The notes under the pieces are model-generated. The model saw nothing but the letters and a program-made list of their open reading frames with translations, was not told the DNA's origin and did no database searches. Below are positions 30,119-39,401 of a stretch of DNA of 64,000 nucleotides, in pieces. The stretch is from the IMG/VR virus record IMGVR_UViG_3300035208_008180. One strand, 5' to 3'. Position 1 is the first letter of the stretch. Each line of letters starts with the position of its first letter. The position numbers were made by a program, and so were the translations under genes. This DNA comes from a virus (Duplodnaviria > Caudoviricetes).

Positions 30119-30478
30119 CTAATCGTGATAGGCTTCTTGATGAGTTTCACATTCAACTTTCTTGCCGCACATTTTTTCCACAAGGGCTTCTACACGATCT
30201 TTGAATTGTCTACCTGTTTCATTATCGTCCACGTCGCTCCAAGACTTTCCAATATAACAAGGCCAGTCACTATCAGGATGGTGATATTCTAGTCCTAATT
30301 CTTGAGTTTTCTTTTCCAAAATTTCATAAAGCTCATCACCATAATCATCTTCGTCGTAATTTTCTTCCTGATCCTTGTTCAGAAACATAGCCTCCAAAAC
30401 ATCGCAATCTATGGCTGCACCATAAATACAAAAACTGCTGGTTGAACTGTTAGACACAAATCCCATTCGTAATTTCAT
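30119..30478 (-). CDS. FVSNSS-family protein 3
   Basis: MKLRMGFVSNSSTSSF. Confidence 0.8.
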   Translation of the reverse strand: MKLRMGFVSNSSTSSFCIYGAAIDCDVLEAMFLNKDQEENYDEDDYGDELYEILEKKTQELGLEYHHPDSDWPCYIGKSWSDVDDNETGRQFKDRVEALVEKMCGKKVECETHQEAYHD

Positions 30479-30493
30479 TTTAATTATCCTTGT

Positions 30494-30790
30494 TTAACCA
30501 TTATACCAAGCGTCTATATGAGTTGCACATGCAACTTTTTTACCGCATAAGTTTTCTATAAGGGCTTCGACACGGGCTTTAAATTGATTTCCTGTTTCAT
30601 CGCCACCAATATCTGCCCAACATAATCCGACATAATAATTATCATATGGTCGATAACATTCAAGCCCAGCTTCTTCCGCTGCTGCGTAGACATCATCATC
30701 CTCGGGCAAATCTTTTTTGTCTACCCTGGCACCATAAATGCAAAAACTGCTCGTAGAGCTATTGGATACAAACCCCATTCGTAATTTCAT
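30494..30790 (-). CDS. FVSNSS-family protein 4
   Basis: MKLRMGFVSNSSTSSF; close paralog of protein 3. Confidence 0.8.
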   Translation of the reverse strand: MKLRMGFVSNSSTSSFCIYGARVDKKDLPEDDDVYAAAEEAGLECYRPYDNYYVGLCWADIGGDETGNQFKARVEALIENLCGKKVACATHIDAWYNG

Positions 30791-31110
30791 TTTTGTTTCT
30801 CCACTTTCATTTTTGTTTCCACCCCATCTCCTATCGAAGTATGGGTGATGGTTAAATATTTTGGATGATAGTAAATTTTGTTTACAACCCCTAATTTTAA
30901 ATTAATGGGAATATTGTAATAACAACGTAGTTTGGTAATGCGGCCATCATCAAAATAAAAAAACACTGCTGTGACTGAGTTATCCTCAGGCACACACTGT
31001 ATTTTTTCTAATTTGCCTTCGCACATCGAGTCTTCGGTTATTGATGGCGAAACGCTACCCGATTTGCAACCAACTAATAGCACAAGAGCCAAAAGACTAA
31101 ATCTCCACAT
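30787..31110 (-). CDS. Putative lipoprotein
   Basis: LVGC lipobox. Confidence 0.6.
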   Translation of the reverse strand: MWRFSLLALVLLVGCKSGSVSPSITEDSMCEGKLEKIQCVPEDNSVTAVFFYFDDGRITKLRCYYNIPINLKLGVVNKIYYHPKYLTITHTSIGDGVETKMKVEKQK

Positions 31111-32212
31111 TTTGACTATCCTTACATGCTGTTACATTAAATACCGGACATGATCTGCATTGTTTAACAAATTTACAATTACAACCACAAGAGGATGTTG
31201 TAATTGTTGCTCGCCATTGAATGGCCTTTTTGGCAAACCACACATCTTTGAGAAAGTCTTGACAATTTAATACATCAAGACCTTCTTCCCATCCTTTTTC
31301 GCCTTCGCAGAAAGAGCAAGCAAAATATTTCCCTTCACAATTGATATATGAGGAAAAGAGCCCCGATTCACACGGCTCAGCCAGGATAAGCATTTGTTCT
31401 TCATCAGCTTGTCCTTCTACAGTTTTGAAAAACAAAGGGGCGGAACAGGAATCGAACCCCGCACCAACACCCTTGTCTTTGGAGTAAGCAATTAACTTTT
31501 TGTATTTTTTGACTGTTGAAATAGGATGAAATGCGTCAGTATTATGACCCTTGGGCTTATATTGCAGATAAACTATGGCATTGACTTTTTTAAGCCGAGG
31601 ATCAGAAGCAACATCATCAATAATATTAAATGCTTTTTCCCATGTTTCTTCTGACAACATGAAGTGAATGTTTACTGCATTAAGTGTGTTTCCAGGTTTG
31701 CCAATTTCATCAGTGAATAATTTTATAGCATCATAGCTTTTTTCTTTATTCACAATGCTAACAGCTAAGGCTCCACAAAGTCTACCGGCAAGCTCAGCAA
31801 CCACAGGCGTTACATCTTGTCCTGATGTGGTAAAATTGGGAATTATTCCTTTGCTTCTAGCATACATTGCCATTTTAAAGAAGTCAGGATTGCTATGCAT
31901 ATCGCATAACCCAAAAGCAATTTGCGTGAGGACTTTCGGCATTTTGTCCAAAATAATTTTGAACTGCTCGAAAGTCATATTGACTTCTTCTTCATTGGGG
32001 CCGTTTCGCTTATAACAGAATTTGCAGCCGCTTTTGCACTTGCCAGAAGAAATCTCCAAATCTAAAATTTCTGGACCATAGGGCGAAAAAGCAGGATCAT
32101 CATCTAAGTTAGTGCCCCATCTTACAAACAATCCATTTTCTTTATGGAAGGTATAGTTATACCCTGAAGAACGCACCATTTTCATCTTAACCGTGTCTTT
32201 AATCTGCATCAT
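31097..32212 (-). CDS. Radical SAM protein with SPASM/twitch-like C-terminus
   Basis: CKSGCKFC; C-terminal CESG...YINCEG..FACSF...C..CRSC. Confidence 0.85.
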   Translation of the reverse strand: MMQIKDTVKMKMVRSSGYNYTFHKENGLFVRWGTNLDDDPAFSPYGPEILDLEISSGKCKSGCKFCYKRNGPNEEEVNMTFEQFKIILDKMPKVLTQIAFGLCDMHSNPDFFKMAMYARSKGIIPNFTTSGQDVTPVVAELAGRLCGALAVSIVNKEKSYDAIKLFTDEIGKPGNTLNAVNIHFMLSEETWEKAFNIIDDVASDPRLKKVNAIVYLQYKPKGHNTDAFHPISTVKKYKKLIAYSKDKGVGAGFDSCSAPLFFKTVEGQADEEQMLILAEPCESGLFSSYINCEGKYFACSFCEGEKGWEEGLDVLNCQDFLKDVWFAKKAIQWRATITTSSCGCNCKFVKQCRSCPVFNVTACKDSQNVEI

Positions 32213-32217
32213 GCTTC

Positions 32218-32445
32218 CTACAGAACTGATCTAATTGCCAAAACAAAACAACAAATCGTCCCAGCCGCAGATGAGAATGTCAAAAACCAAAGAAGGATGA
32301 TGACTGCCCATTCTTTTGCGGTAATATATCCTTTATCGCTTGCCATAAAAGATAAGCAAGAAACGACGAAAAGACAATAGGTAAAAAATCCCATTGCCAC
32401 CATACACACCAAATAATACAAGAGCCAAAGAAACCACATTGTCAA
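32218..32445 (-). CDS. Small membrane protein
   Basis: Two hydrophobic segments. Confidence 0.55.
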   Translation of the reverse strand: MTMWFLWLLYYLVCMVAMGFFTYCLFVVSCLSFMASDKGYITAKEWAVIILLWFLTFSSAAGTICCFVLAIRSVL

Positions 32446-32738
32446 TAAGTGGGGTTAATATCCATTACTTGTCTCAAATCCGCATTGGATACGCATACGT
32501 TGTGCCCTAGTTTCAAATCGGGAGCAGAAAGCCTAACCGTTGATTTGTTGTTTTCTAAATCTTCTCCCAACACTGTTACTAACAACCATCCTGCCTGGAT
32601 AGGGCTATCCTTCACAGCCACAACGTCCCAATAGGGCACATTTATGCTAAAGGATGTGCCATCCATTAGTTTGCCCATTACAACTCGCATGCTGCTGGTT
32701 TCTTTGATGATTTGACACGCCAAATATTTTTCACTCAT
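32442..32738 (-). CDS. Hypothetical protein
   Basis: 98-aa ORF. Confidence 0.65.
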   Translation of the reverse strand: MSEKYLACQIIKETSSMRVVMGKLMDGTSFSINVPYWDVVAVKDSPIQAGWLLVTVLGEDLENNKSTVRLSAPDLKLGHNVCVSNADLRQVMDINPTY

Positions 32739-32751
32739 TATTTTCTACCTT

Positions 32752-33366
32752 TCATGCCGATAGTTTACCACATTTACTTTTTAAATAAAAGACCAATTTT
32801 TTCTTCAAATGCGTGTGCTGCGAATAAACTCTCCAGATTAACAAATCGAGTTTTGCCGGGGGTTTGTCAACCAGTTTGCACAATCTGAGGAAACTTGCCT
32901 CTATTTCCTTGTACTTTTTTTTACTTCCTGGTGTAGCATTGGGCACATTCATTCCCAAATCCTGTAAAAATTTTAAGATATGCACATCCAAACCAGCACA
33001 ATCAGCATCTTTCCTGCTGTGCATAATAAAGCATCGAGAAGTTTTTCTTCCCAATCCCCAAACACTCTCTAAATCATCTACGGTACAAGTACGGAGATTG
33101 AGATTGCTACGAGCCAATAAATACAAAGTCTTGGCTTTTTGATTAAAACAACCAATGCCACATTTTTTTAACTTGTTGGCAATTCTTTTTTGCCCAAGTT
33201 TTCGCAATACCTCGAAAGGATTGCCAAGAGTGCCCGTCCAGAATTTTTCGAGAGCAACAGAAATTGTAGAGGCTTTTTTGCCCGCTACACATATCCAAAA
33301 AACAAGATGTTCCTCTAATTGTTTGTTGGATAAATTGTATTTTGTAATATCATTAGGATCAACCAT
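32752..33366 (-). CDS. HhH DNA glycosylase/AP lyase, 8-oxoguanine glycosylase (OGG2-like)
   Basis: GLGRKTSRCF HhH with catalytic Lys, LDVHILK, Y.EIE..F, LDLLIW. Confidence 0.75.
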   Translation of the reverse strand: MVDPNDITKYNLSNKQLEEHLVFWICVAGKKASTISVALEKFWTGTLGNPFEVLRKLGQKRIANKLKKCGIGCFNQKAKTLYLLARSNLNLRTCTVDDLESVWGLGRKTSRCFIMHSRKDADCAGLDVHILKFLQDLGMNVPNATPGSKKKYKEIEASFLRLCKLVDKPPAKLDLLIWRVYSQHTHLKKKLVFYLKSKCGKLSA

Positions 33367-33386
33367 GTAGGGATTTTATCATAAAT

Positions 33387-34016
33387 TTAAAATTTACGCA
33401 AGTAAATTGCTTCTTCATTGCTCATTGGAACGTTTGTGTATATGGGCAATGTTCTAAAAGTCTCTTCATTTATAAAATCTGTTACTGTTGGTCCTTTTTT
33501 CATTACAACACTACAAAGAAAACTTCCTAAGTAATGAATTTCAAGTCTTAAAGTATTAACTAATAATTCATATCCATTCAATCTAGATAATTCTGCAAAG
33601 AAAGCAGGTCTGTAATAATAACACTCTTTGTGTCCATCGAAATACGGCTGGCCAGGAAGTTCATGCAGAAATAACCCTCCTGGCTTCACTAAATCATGTG
33701 CATTTTTAAAAAGATGATATTGATTAGACACATGCTCTCCAAACCCAATATCAGTCAATACGTCAAAATTTAATTTTAAATACGAGTGCGAGTCTGGAAT
33801 TGGCTGAGACATATCTAACGGTAATGCACCTCCCTTTCCATTGATATCAATAGAAGTATGATCTATACCAGCTAGTTCAAAAAAGCTCTTTATCCAATGA
33901 TAGGATAATTCATGTCCTACATAAATTTCTTGATCTCCAAGTTCAATCATTTTTAAACCTGGATACAACACCAAGTTGCGATTAAAAAACTCTAATACAC
34001 CAGCAGTAATTCCCAT
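33387..34016 (-). CDS. Class I SAM-dependent methyltransferase-like protein
   Basis: IELGDQ, IDING, FDV..IGFGEHV, VKPGGLF. Confidence 0.7.
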   Translation of the reverse strand: MGITAGVLEFFNRNLVLYPGLKMIELGDQEIYVGHELSYHWIKSFFELAGIDHTSIDINGKGGALPLDMSQPIPDSHSYLKLNFDVLTDIGFGEHVSNQYHLFKNAHDLVKPGGLFLHELPGQPYFDGHKECYYYRPAFFAELSRLNGYELLVNTLRLEIHYLGSFLCSVVMKKGPTVTDFINEETFRTLPIYTNVPMSNEEAIYLRKF

Positions 34017-34664
34017 TTATATCTCCATAATTTCTGAAACTTCTGGATATACTTGTCCTAATTCAAAATCTAAATATTTTGTAAATACATAAGCTATTTT
34101 TTCTCTCTTTTTACCATACTGATCCCATCCTATGACGTTTTTATTTCTTAACTCAGCCTCCTTTATACCGGGCAAAGGAGCTTTAAGACGAAATCTTAAA
34201 TTCAAATAAGGCTCTTTGTGATGTTTGGCTATTTCTCCCTTCCAAGGTGAATCACCAGTTGCAACTAAAGGTTCGGTTGTTACTAAATCTTTGCCAGCCC
34301 CTTCTATAAATTGTTGCCAAACTCTTTTGGCATCTGCGTTTATTTCTCTGGCAACTCGATTGGGAATTAAACCATTGGGGGATCGATGCATTAGCAACAA
34401 ATAAAGCAATGGTCCATAACCATGCTGACTAGCTATTCCTGTGCTTTCATTGGCATTATGGATACTATTTTTGCGGAAAGAAGCCGCTCCCACAATAGTC
34501 TTCATCATTTCTTGCCAATCGCCTTTTTCTAAAGCAATTTTCATAGCATCGGCGTTGTAGAGTCCCACTAAACGGGCATCATTAAATAGTGCCACATTAG
34601 AAAGGCCCTGCATAGCCATTTCCAAATATTGTTCTTCTCGGTATTCTTGAAATGTTTTAATCAT
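34017..34664 (-). CDS. Hypothetical protein with capsid-targeting-like N-terminus, weak GNAT resemblance
   Basis: MIKTFQEYREE; QHGYGPLLY resembles a GNAT acetyl-CoA motif. Confidence 0.65.
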   Translation of the reverse strand: MIKTFQEYREEQYLEMAMQGLSNVALFNDARLVGLYNADAMKIALEKGDWQEMMKTIVGAASFRKNSIHNANESTGIASQHGYGPLLYLLLMHRSPNGLIPNRVAREINADAKRVWQQFIEGAGKDLVTTEPLVATGDSPWKGEIAKHHKEPYLNLRFRLKAPLPGIKEAELRNKNVIGWDQYGKKREKIAYVFTKYLDFELGQVYPEVSEIMEI

Positions 34665-34951
34665 TTTCCACAACTAAAAGCTAAAATAAATCCAGCCAAA
34701 CAAGCCGCTGGGAGTATCAACCCCCACAGCCAACGTAAACTGCCTCTATATGCACCAATAAGGCTCAATATCCACGCTATGATCCAAGCTGGTATCCATA
34801 ATAAAATGCAATCAACAGCTAAATACGCTGTCCAGTCCGCATATGGACTATCCAATAGCATGGCAGAAAACAATGCTGGCAATATATCAAGCCCAATAGC
34901 CAAAACAGCTATTACACCTACAGCTTCACAGGCTTTTTTTGATTTTTCCAT
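34661..34951 (-). CDS. Membrane protein
   Basis: Three hydrophobic segments. Confidence 0.6.
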   Translation of the reverse strand: MEKSKKACEAVGVIAVLAIGLDILPALFSAMLLDSPYADWTAYLAVDCILLWIPAWIIAWILSLIGAYRGSLRWLWGLILPAACLAGFILAFSCGK

Positions 34952-34965
34952 AACTCTATATATCT

Positions 34966-35580
34966 TTGATGAATCGACTTATCTTTATTATAATTATACT
35001 GAATCAGATATTAATGGCAACTCTTGTTCATTGCAAAAGATATCCTGTGCCGGAAAGTTTTATGATACAAAACTTCCCCACCATTACACAACCAGATGAT
35101 ATTTCTTGTGGACCCACAAGTTGTGTAATGGTTGCTGAATATTATGGCAAAAAACTAACGGTTGTAGAAGCAAAAAAACTCGGGAAAACTATCTGGGGAA
35201 CATATAAAGGAAAAGAAATAGGCATGACATCTCCAGATTATGTTCCTGTTATTTTGCAAAAAGTGGGTTTATCTATCACGTTAGAAAAAGGTAATCTAAA
35301 TAAATTGCAGCATTATGTCTCCCTCAATAAGCCAATTATGGTGCTTGTGCGTACTGGGGATAAATTTTGGCATTATGTAGTAGTTATTGGCTATAATCAA
35401 GATAAAATCTTTATTTCTGACCCTGGTTTTGGCGAAATTTACAGCATATCGAATAAAGATTTCTTGTCCGCATGGAGTTTTTCTGGTACTTTGCGTGGCG
35501 AAAAAATACCAACAAATTTGTATGGAATGATAGTAGAATGGGCAGATGTTAAAGGAAATTTAATGTTTGTCCCTAAATAA
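34966..35580 (+). CDS. C39-like cysteine peptidase with signal/anchor
   Basis: QPDDISCGPTS, HYVVVIGY, SDPG. Confidence 0.85.
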   Translation: MMNRLIFIIIILNQILMATLVHCKRYPVPESFMIQNFPTITQPDDISCGPTSCVMVAEYYGKKLTVVEAKKLGKTIWGTYKGKEIGMTSPDYVPVILQKVGLSITLEKGNLNKLQHYVSLNKPIMVLVRTGDKFWHYVVVIGYNQDKIFISDPGFGEIYSISNKDFLSAWSFSGTLRGEKIPTNLYGMIVEWADVKGNLMFVPK

Positions 35581-35584
35581 TAAT

Positions 35585-36328
35585 ATGAATTTCAAACAAT
35601 GGCTAGAATCAGTAGGAATTATAGGCTCTGTACCCGAAGCTTTAAGCACTTTGGGGCTAAAACCAGGGGCATCTAAAGAAGAAATTGCAAAAGCATTTAG
35701 AGCAATGTCTATGCGACACCATTCTGATGTAGGCGGCTCTGATACTATACAAAAACGACTTAATGCTGCATTTGACCTGTTAAAGAGTCGTGATTTTCAG
35801 ACGGCTGGCGGTAGAGGACCAGAGTGGAATCCACCTGAACCTCCTAGATGGGATGGAAGCAATGGGCCGGGAGCACGTTGGGCTGCTTATCAACAAAGAA
35901 GAAATAATGATTTGCCACCTTGGCAAACAGACGAAAGATCATCTAATAACTCAGTTGGCGGCAGTCGCAAAAACATTAATTATTGCTTGAAGGAAATATA
36001 TGAAAAAGCAATGGAAAATGGCGGCAATGTTAAAAAATATACTTTTGACGCTTTTGATGGAAGATTTTTCAGAGGAATATTCACTGCTTATTGCAACCCA
36101 CAAACATTAGGCTTTGCTGGCGAAGTAATGGATGATTGGAATAGTAAGGGAGCTAATTCATACGAAACTTATGCGGTACTAGCATCAAGAGACAATTCTG
36201 CACTTCTTGTTCGGTTACGAGGAAAAGATGTGTCAAATATGCATATGGGCTGGGAATTTTCCAATGAAGATAGAAATAGTGAGCATTGGAGAAGAGAATT
36301 TAAAAAAGAATTAGATGAAATTCAATAG
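35585..36328 (+). CDS. J-domain (DnaJ-like) protein with HSD in place of HPD
   Basis: LGLKPGASKEEIAKAFR....HHSDVGG....LNAAFDLL; start MNFKQWLE. Confidence 0.75.
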   Translation: MNFKQWLESVGIIGSVPEALSTLGLKPGASKEEIAKAFRAMSMRHHSDVGGSDTIQKRLNAAFDLLKSRDFQTAGGRGPEWNPPEPPRWDGSNGPGARWAAYQQRRNNDLPPWQTDERSSNNSVGGSRKNINYCLKEIYEKAMENGGNVKKYTFDAFDGRFFRGIFTAYCNPQTLGFAGEVMDDWNSKGANSYETYAVLASRDNSALLVRLRGKDVSNMHMGWEFSNEDRNSEHWRREFKKELDEIQ

Positions 36329-36408
36329 TTCATACTACATTAAATTTACATTCCGGTGAAATATTCAATTTCACCACTTATCACACCTTTTTATAAATCG
36401 GAGGTTCT

Positions 36409-36993
36409 ATGTCTCAGAGTATGGGCATTGGTGCTCTTGGCGGCGGCGACGTAACATTCGCCAGAAAGTTTCGTTGGATACTTTCAAGTAAAGAAATTCC
36501 TTTAGAGATTATAACACAAACCGTTCATGTAGATTTTATTAATAAGTTTTTAAAACTTGATATAATGATGGTTTATTGCGAAAACAAGGATGTAATGGTC
36601 GATGAATGGCTAGGAAAAATAATTGACAAAACGATTAGAGAAAAACTTTGTCTCACCACATATGACGGATGTGGCAATGCTTTAGATCAATATACATTTG
36701 ATATTGACGACGTGAAAGAACAAGCAATGGATTTCGATTACGCCAGCAACGATGTTCTTAATATGAATGTAGTCTTGTCATTTAGACAATATGGGCGTCA
36801 GTTTTGCCTTAGGAAAAAACTTGGCGACAAACTTGAAGCAACGAAATGCTCGACAACACTGCCGCCACCGGGCGAGCTTAAAAGACTTAAAGATTTAAAT
36901 GGGACTTTTGAAGAAACAACAGTCCATCACTTAAATGGCTCAGTCGTATTGCCAGGAAGGTTTATAAACAAAAATGAACTATCAAGACAATAA
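36409..36993 (+). CDS. Tail-tube (gp19)-like protein
   Basis: RKFRW, YDGCGNALD, FDYASND patterns; GGAGG Shine-Dalgarno site. Confidence 0.5.
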   Translation: MSQSMGIGALGGGDVTFARKFRWILSSKEIPLEIITQTVHVDFINKFLKLDIMMVYCENKDVMVDEWLGKIIDKTIREKLCLTTYDGCGNALDQYTFDIDDVKEQAMDFDYASNDVLNMNVVLSFRQYGRQFCLRKKLGDKLEATKCSTTLPPPGELKRLKDLNGTFEETTVHHLNGSVVLPGRFINKNELSRQ

Positions 36994-37165
36994 TTTGGGG
37001 AATAGCAAACCCCAGAGTTGCAAAACCCAGATTGCGTAGTGATTTTTTCCAATACTTGTCCCAGGAAGAACCATCAGCCCGTTTGAAAATTAAGCCTGTG
37101 CCGAATATTAGCACAACTATAAATACATATAGGGCTGCTACCACCCAATAATTTGGAAGACTCAT
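36962..37165 (-). CDS. Small membrane protein
   Basis: Two hydrophobic segments. Confidence 0.55.
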   Translation of the reverse strand: MSLPNYWVVAALYVFIVVLIFGTGLIFKRADGSSWDKYWKKSLRNLGFATLGFAIPQIIVLIVHFCL

Positions 37166-37473
37166 AAGGACTCAACGGTAATGGTGATGCGATAAGATTT
37201 ATTACGTCCCACTTTTAATTTCTTCATGATGTCATCGGGGTAAAGACGGGCAAGAGTTGCCTTGGCCATTCTAATGGAGGTTTTGTGATATTCCTCTAGC
37301 CCGTCTTCTACCTCTTCATTCTCGCAAGTTTGCACTGCACGTAAAAAATCTACATCCATAGCATGTGATTTTTTACCAACGATAGCCTTTCGTTGGTCCA
37401 CGGGAACATCATCCCAACAGAAACATTCTGAATCGCCACTTTGACGACCTATAAATGATATACTACGGCTCAT
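37162..37473 (-). CDS. Hypothetical protein
   Basis: Start reassigned to the coupled ATG. Confidence 0.6.
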   Translation of the reverse strand: MSRSISFIGRQSGDSECFCWDDVPVDQRKAIVGKKSHAMDVDFLRAVQTCENEEVEDGLEEYHKTSIRMAKATLARLYPDDIMKKLKVGRNKSYRITITVESL

Positions 37474-37661
37474 CCCGTTCGCTCCCTTCCGCATTTTGCA
37501 CAACGAAAAGGCCCTGTGTAAAGAAACCCTTCAAGTCTTGTGAGATTTGGTGGAGGAACTGGTTTCATTCCTTTTGGGAATGGAATCCTCTCACGAAGAA
37601 CATCTTCATAATAGTCGCAATCACAAATGACTGGACGATTTGCAGAACGATCTTCAGGCAT
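37470..37661 (-). CDS. Small Cys-containing protein
   Basis: MPEDRSANR...CAKC; follows csrA. Confidence 0.55.
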   Translation of the reverse strand: MPEDRSANRPVICDCDYYEDVLRERIPFPKGMKPVPPPNLTRLEGFLYTGPFRCAKCGRERTG

Positions 37662-37662
37662 A

Positions 37663-37842
37663 TTATTCCTGCGGAGCGGGCTCTCTATGGATAGCGTCGA
37701 ACACTTCACGGCGATGGACGGGCACCTCCTTGGGGGCCTCGACACCCAATCGTACCTTGTCACCTCTAATCTCCACTACAGTGATTGTAATATCGTCGTT
37801 GATTACAATCGATTCGTTTTTCTTGCGGCTAAGTACCAGCAT
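37663..37842 (-). CDS. csrA: Carbon storage regulator CsrA (59 aa, missed by the ORF track)
   Basis: [59 protein letters not shown]; AAGGAG Shine-Dalgarno site. Confidence 0.95.
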   Translation of the reverse strand: MLVLSRKKNESIVINDDITITVVEIRGDKVRLGVEAPKEVPVHRREVFDAIHREPAPQE

Positions 37843-37877
37843 GATACACTCCTTTGTTGAAGAAAGTAACTAAACTA

Positions 37878-37906
37878 AGTATAGCAACTTGAAGGTCAAC
37901 TGTCAA
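37878..37906 (-). promoter_or_regulatory. Near-consensus sigma70 promoter for csrA
   Basis: TTGACA-N17-TATACT. Confidence 0.8.
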
Positions 37907-38227
37907 TTACACTTTAAAGGATAGCTCGCTGCCTGGACTCGCTTCATCGATCTCTATAACCCTATAATTACATATGCCCGAGACCAAATAGCCTATTACA
38001 GCTTGTTGTCGGCTATCAAGTTGTCTTTTCAAATCAGCAATGTCATCCAACATTTGGTCAGGACAGTCTCCAAAATCAGCAAACTCTTCCGCCATTTGAA
38101 CCACTAAATCAATGCATTTCTTATATGGTTTTGGACCTTTTTTACAAGGTGTTTTGATTGCTGTTTTTTTCTTTGGTGTTTTTTTCACTGATGTTTTTTT
38201 ATTCATAATTTTCCTTATTTTTAACAT
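37907..38227 (-). CDS. Hypothetical protein
   Basis: Lys-rich N-terminus; ORF in operon. Confidence 0.6.
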   Translation of the reverse strand: MLKIRKIMNKKTSVKKTPKKKTAIKTPCKKGPKPYKKCIDLVVQMAEEFADFGDCPDQMLDDIADLKRQLDSRQQAVIGYLVSGICNYRVIEIDEASPGSELSFKV

Positions 38228-38667
38228 GCATATTCTCCTGTGAAAAAATCTGCCTCCCTTCCAAAGAGAGCCATCATTTTTTCATTCACTTCTTTAAGCT
38301 CATCTAATCGATTCACAGCAGCCCTTTTGCCGCCTCGTCCTTTTAGATTATTACCTATATAGACACCATCACCCAAATCCGTTTCAGAATACAACACCCA
38401 ACCAAGCTCATTGAGTTTTTCTTCTCTTTCTTCATAGTCGGGGGCTTTGTGTCCACGTACTGTGCGATACGACTTTACGCCACACTCAGGACAGAATTTC
38501 ATATTGCCCCGATTAAATTCATGTTTGCAATTGGGCACCTGTGTGTCGGGTTCTGGTTTGAAATCGGGAAACAAAACTTTGGTTAACTCATCCCAAGTAG
38601 TTTGCACCCCAAAAATAGAAAAAGAACTGCTACTGCTGTTAGACACAAATCCCAAACGAACTTTCAT
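38221..38667 (-). CDS. FVSNSS-family protein 5 with Zn-ribbon insert
   Basis: MKVRLGFVSNSSSSSF; CKH...FCPECG. Confidence 0.8.
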   Translation of the reverse strand: MKVRLGFVSNSSSSSFSIFGVQTTWDELTKVLFPDFKPEPDTQVPNCKHEFNRGNMKFCPECGVKSYRTVRGHKAPDYEEREEKLNELGWVLYSETDLGDGVYIGNNLKGRGGKRAAVNRLDELKEVNEKMMALFGREADFFTGEYAC

Positions 38668-38676
38668 GGTTTTCTC

Positions 38677-38883
38677 CTAATGGTCAGATAATTCGTGCCA
38701 AGGCACCCAATTGTCGGGTACTTCTACTGGTTCTCTAAACTGATAATTGTGTTGCTCACCATCTTCCTGAGCAGATTCCTTTGTGTCGAAAGGCCCTCTG
38801 GGAATCCAATTATGGTCACATCTAAAATACCAGTAAACCCATTTCATAGAGCCTCTTATACCATAAAGTTTATGATTGTGCAA
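38677..38883 (-). CDS. Hypothetical protein
   Basis: Small ORF with RGPFDTKE motif. Confidence 0.5.
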   Translation of the reverse strand: MHNHKLYGIRGSMKWVYWYFRCDHNWIPRGPFDTKESAQEDGEQHNYQFREPVEVPDNWVPWHELSDH

Positions 38884-38910
38884 GGTATATAGAAATAGGA
38901 GGACAAAACA

Positions 38911-39105
38911 ATGTTAGCATTACTTTGTGTTATTGTGGGGGCTTTTCTTTTAGGCAAAGCATTTGCCAAGAAGAATAATCAAGAAAAGGGTATTGTCGTT
39001 ATTTTGGGCGGAACTCTTTTACTAATCTACTTTTTCCCTGGGATTGCACTATTGATTCTGGGATTAGTATTATTGTCGTTCTTTGGGGTGAGTTTTGGAT
39101 TTTAA
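38911..39105 (+). CDS. Small membrane protein
   Basis: AGGAGG Shine-Dalgarno site; hydrophobic. Confidence 0.6.
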   Translation: MLALLCVIVGAFLLGKAFAKKNNQEKGIVVILGGTLLLIYFFPGIALLILGLVLLSFFGVSFGF

Positions 39106-39309
39106 AGTTACAATAATAGCTCCTAAATTCCAATCATTTTCCACCGCATAAGAAAAATTATGTCGATCTAGCACATCTTTGACTAATTGCTGCATTATTG
39201 GGCTGTTGCCCGTTATTATCCGAGCAGGCAGATTTTTGAGAAAAACAAAATTCTCAACCAATCTGTCTACTTGATGATGCCTAACACTATGTAGGTCTAA
39301 TTCATCCAT
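39070..39309 (-). CDS. Stand-alone Smr-domain-like protein
   Basis: LDLHSVR...IITGNS...N.GAIIV; start moved to 39309 because the upstream part is a tRNA. Confidence 0.7.
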   Translation of the reverse strand: MDELDLHSVRHHQVDRLVENFVFLKNLPARIITGNSPIMQQLVKDVLDRHNFSYAVENDWNLGAIIVTLKSKTHPKERQ

Positions 39310-39311
39310 AG

Positions 39312-39401
39312 CGGAGACTAAAGGAATCGAACCTTCACCGGGGTTTAAGCCGGGCTTGTTTTCGAAACAAGTGCGACAAAGCCAATATTCGCCTAATCTC
39401 C
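39312..39401 (-). tRNA. tRNA-Ser(CGA)
   Basis: Cloverleaf, CTTGT-TTCGAAA-ACAAG, long variable arm, G73. Confidence 0.9.

Noticed and set aside
37627-37873. Plus-strand ORFs 37627..37860 and 37640..37873, and the long version of 37470..37763
   Set aside because: Shadows of the minus-strand csrA gene.
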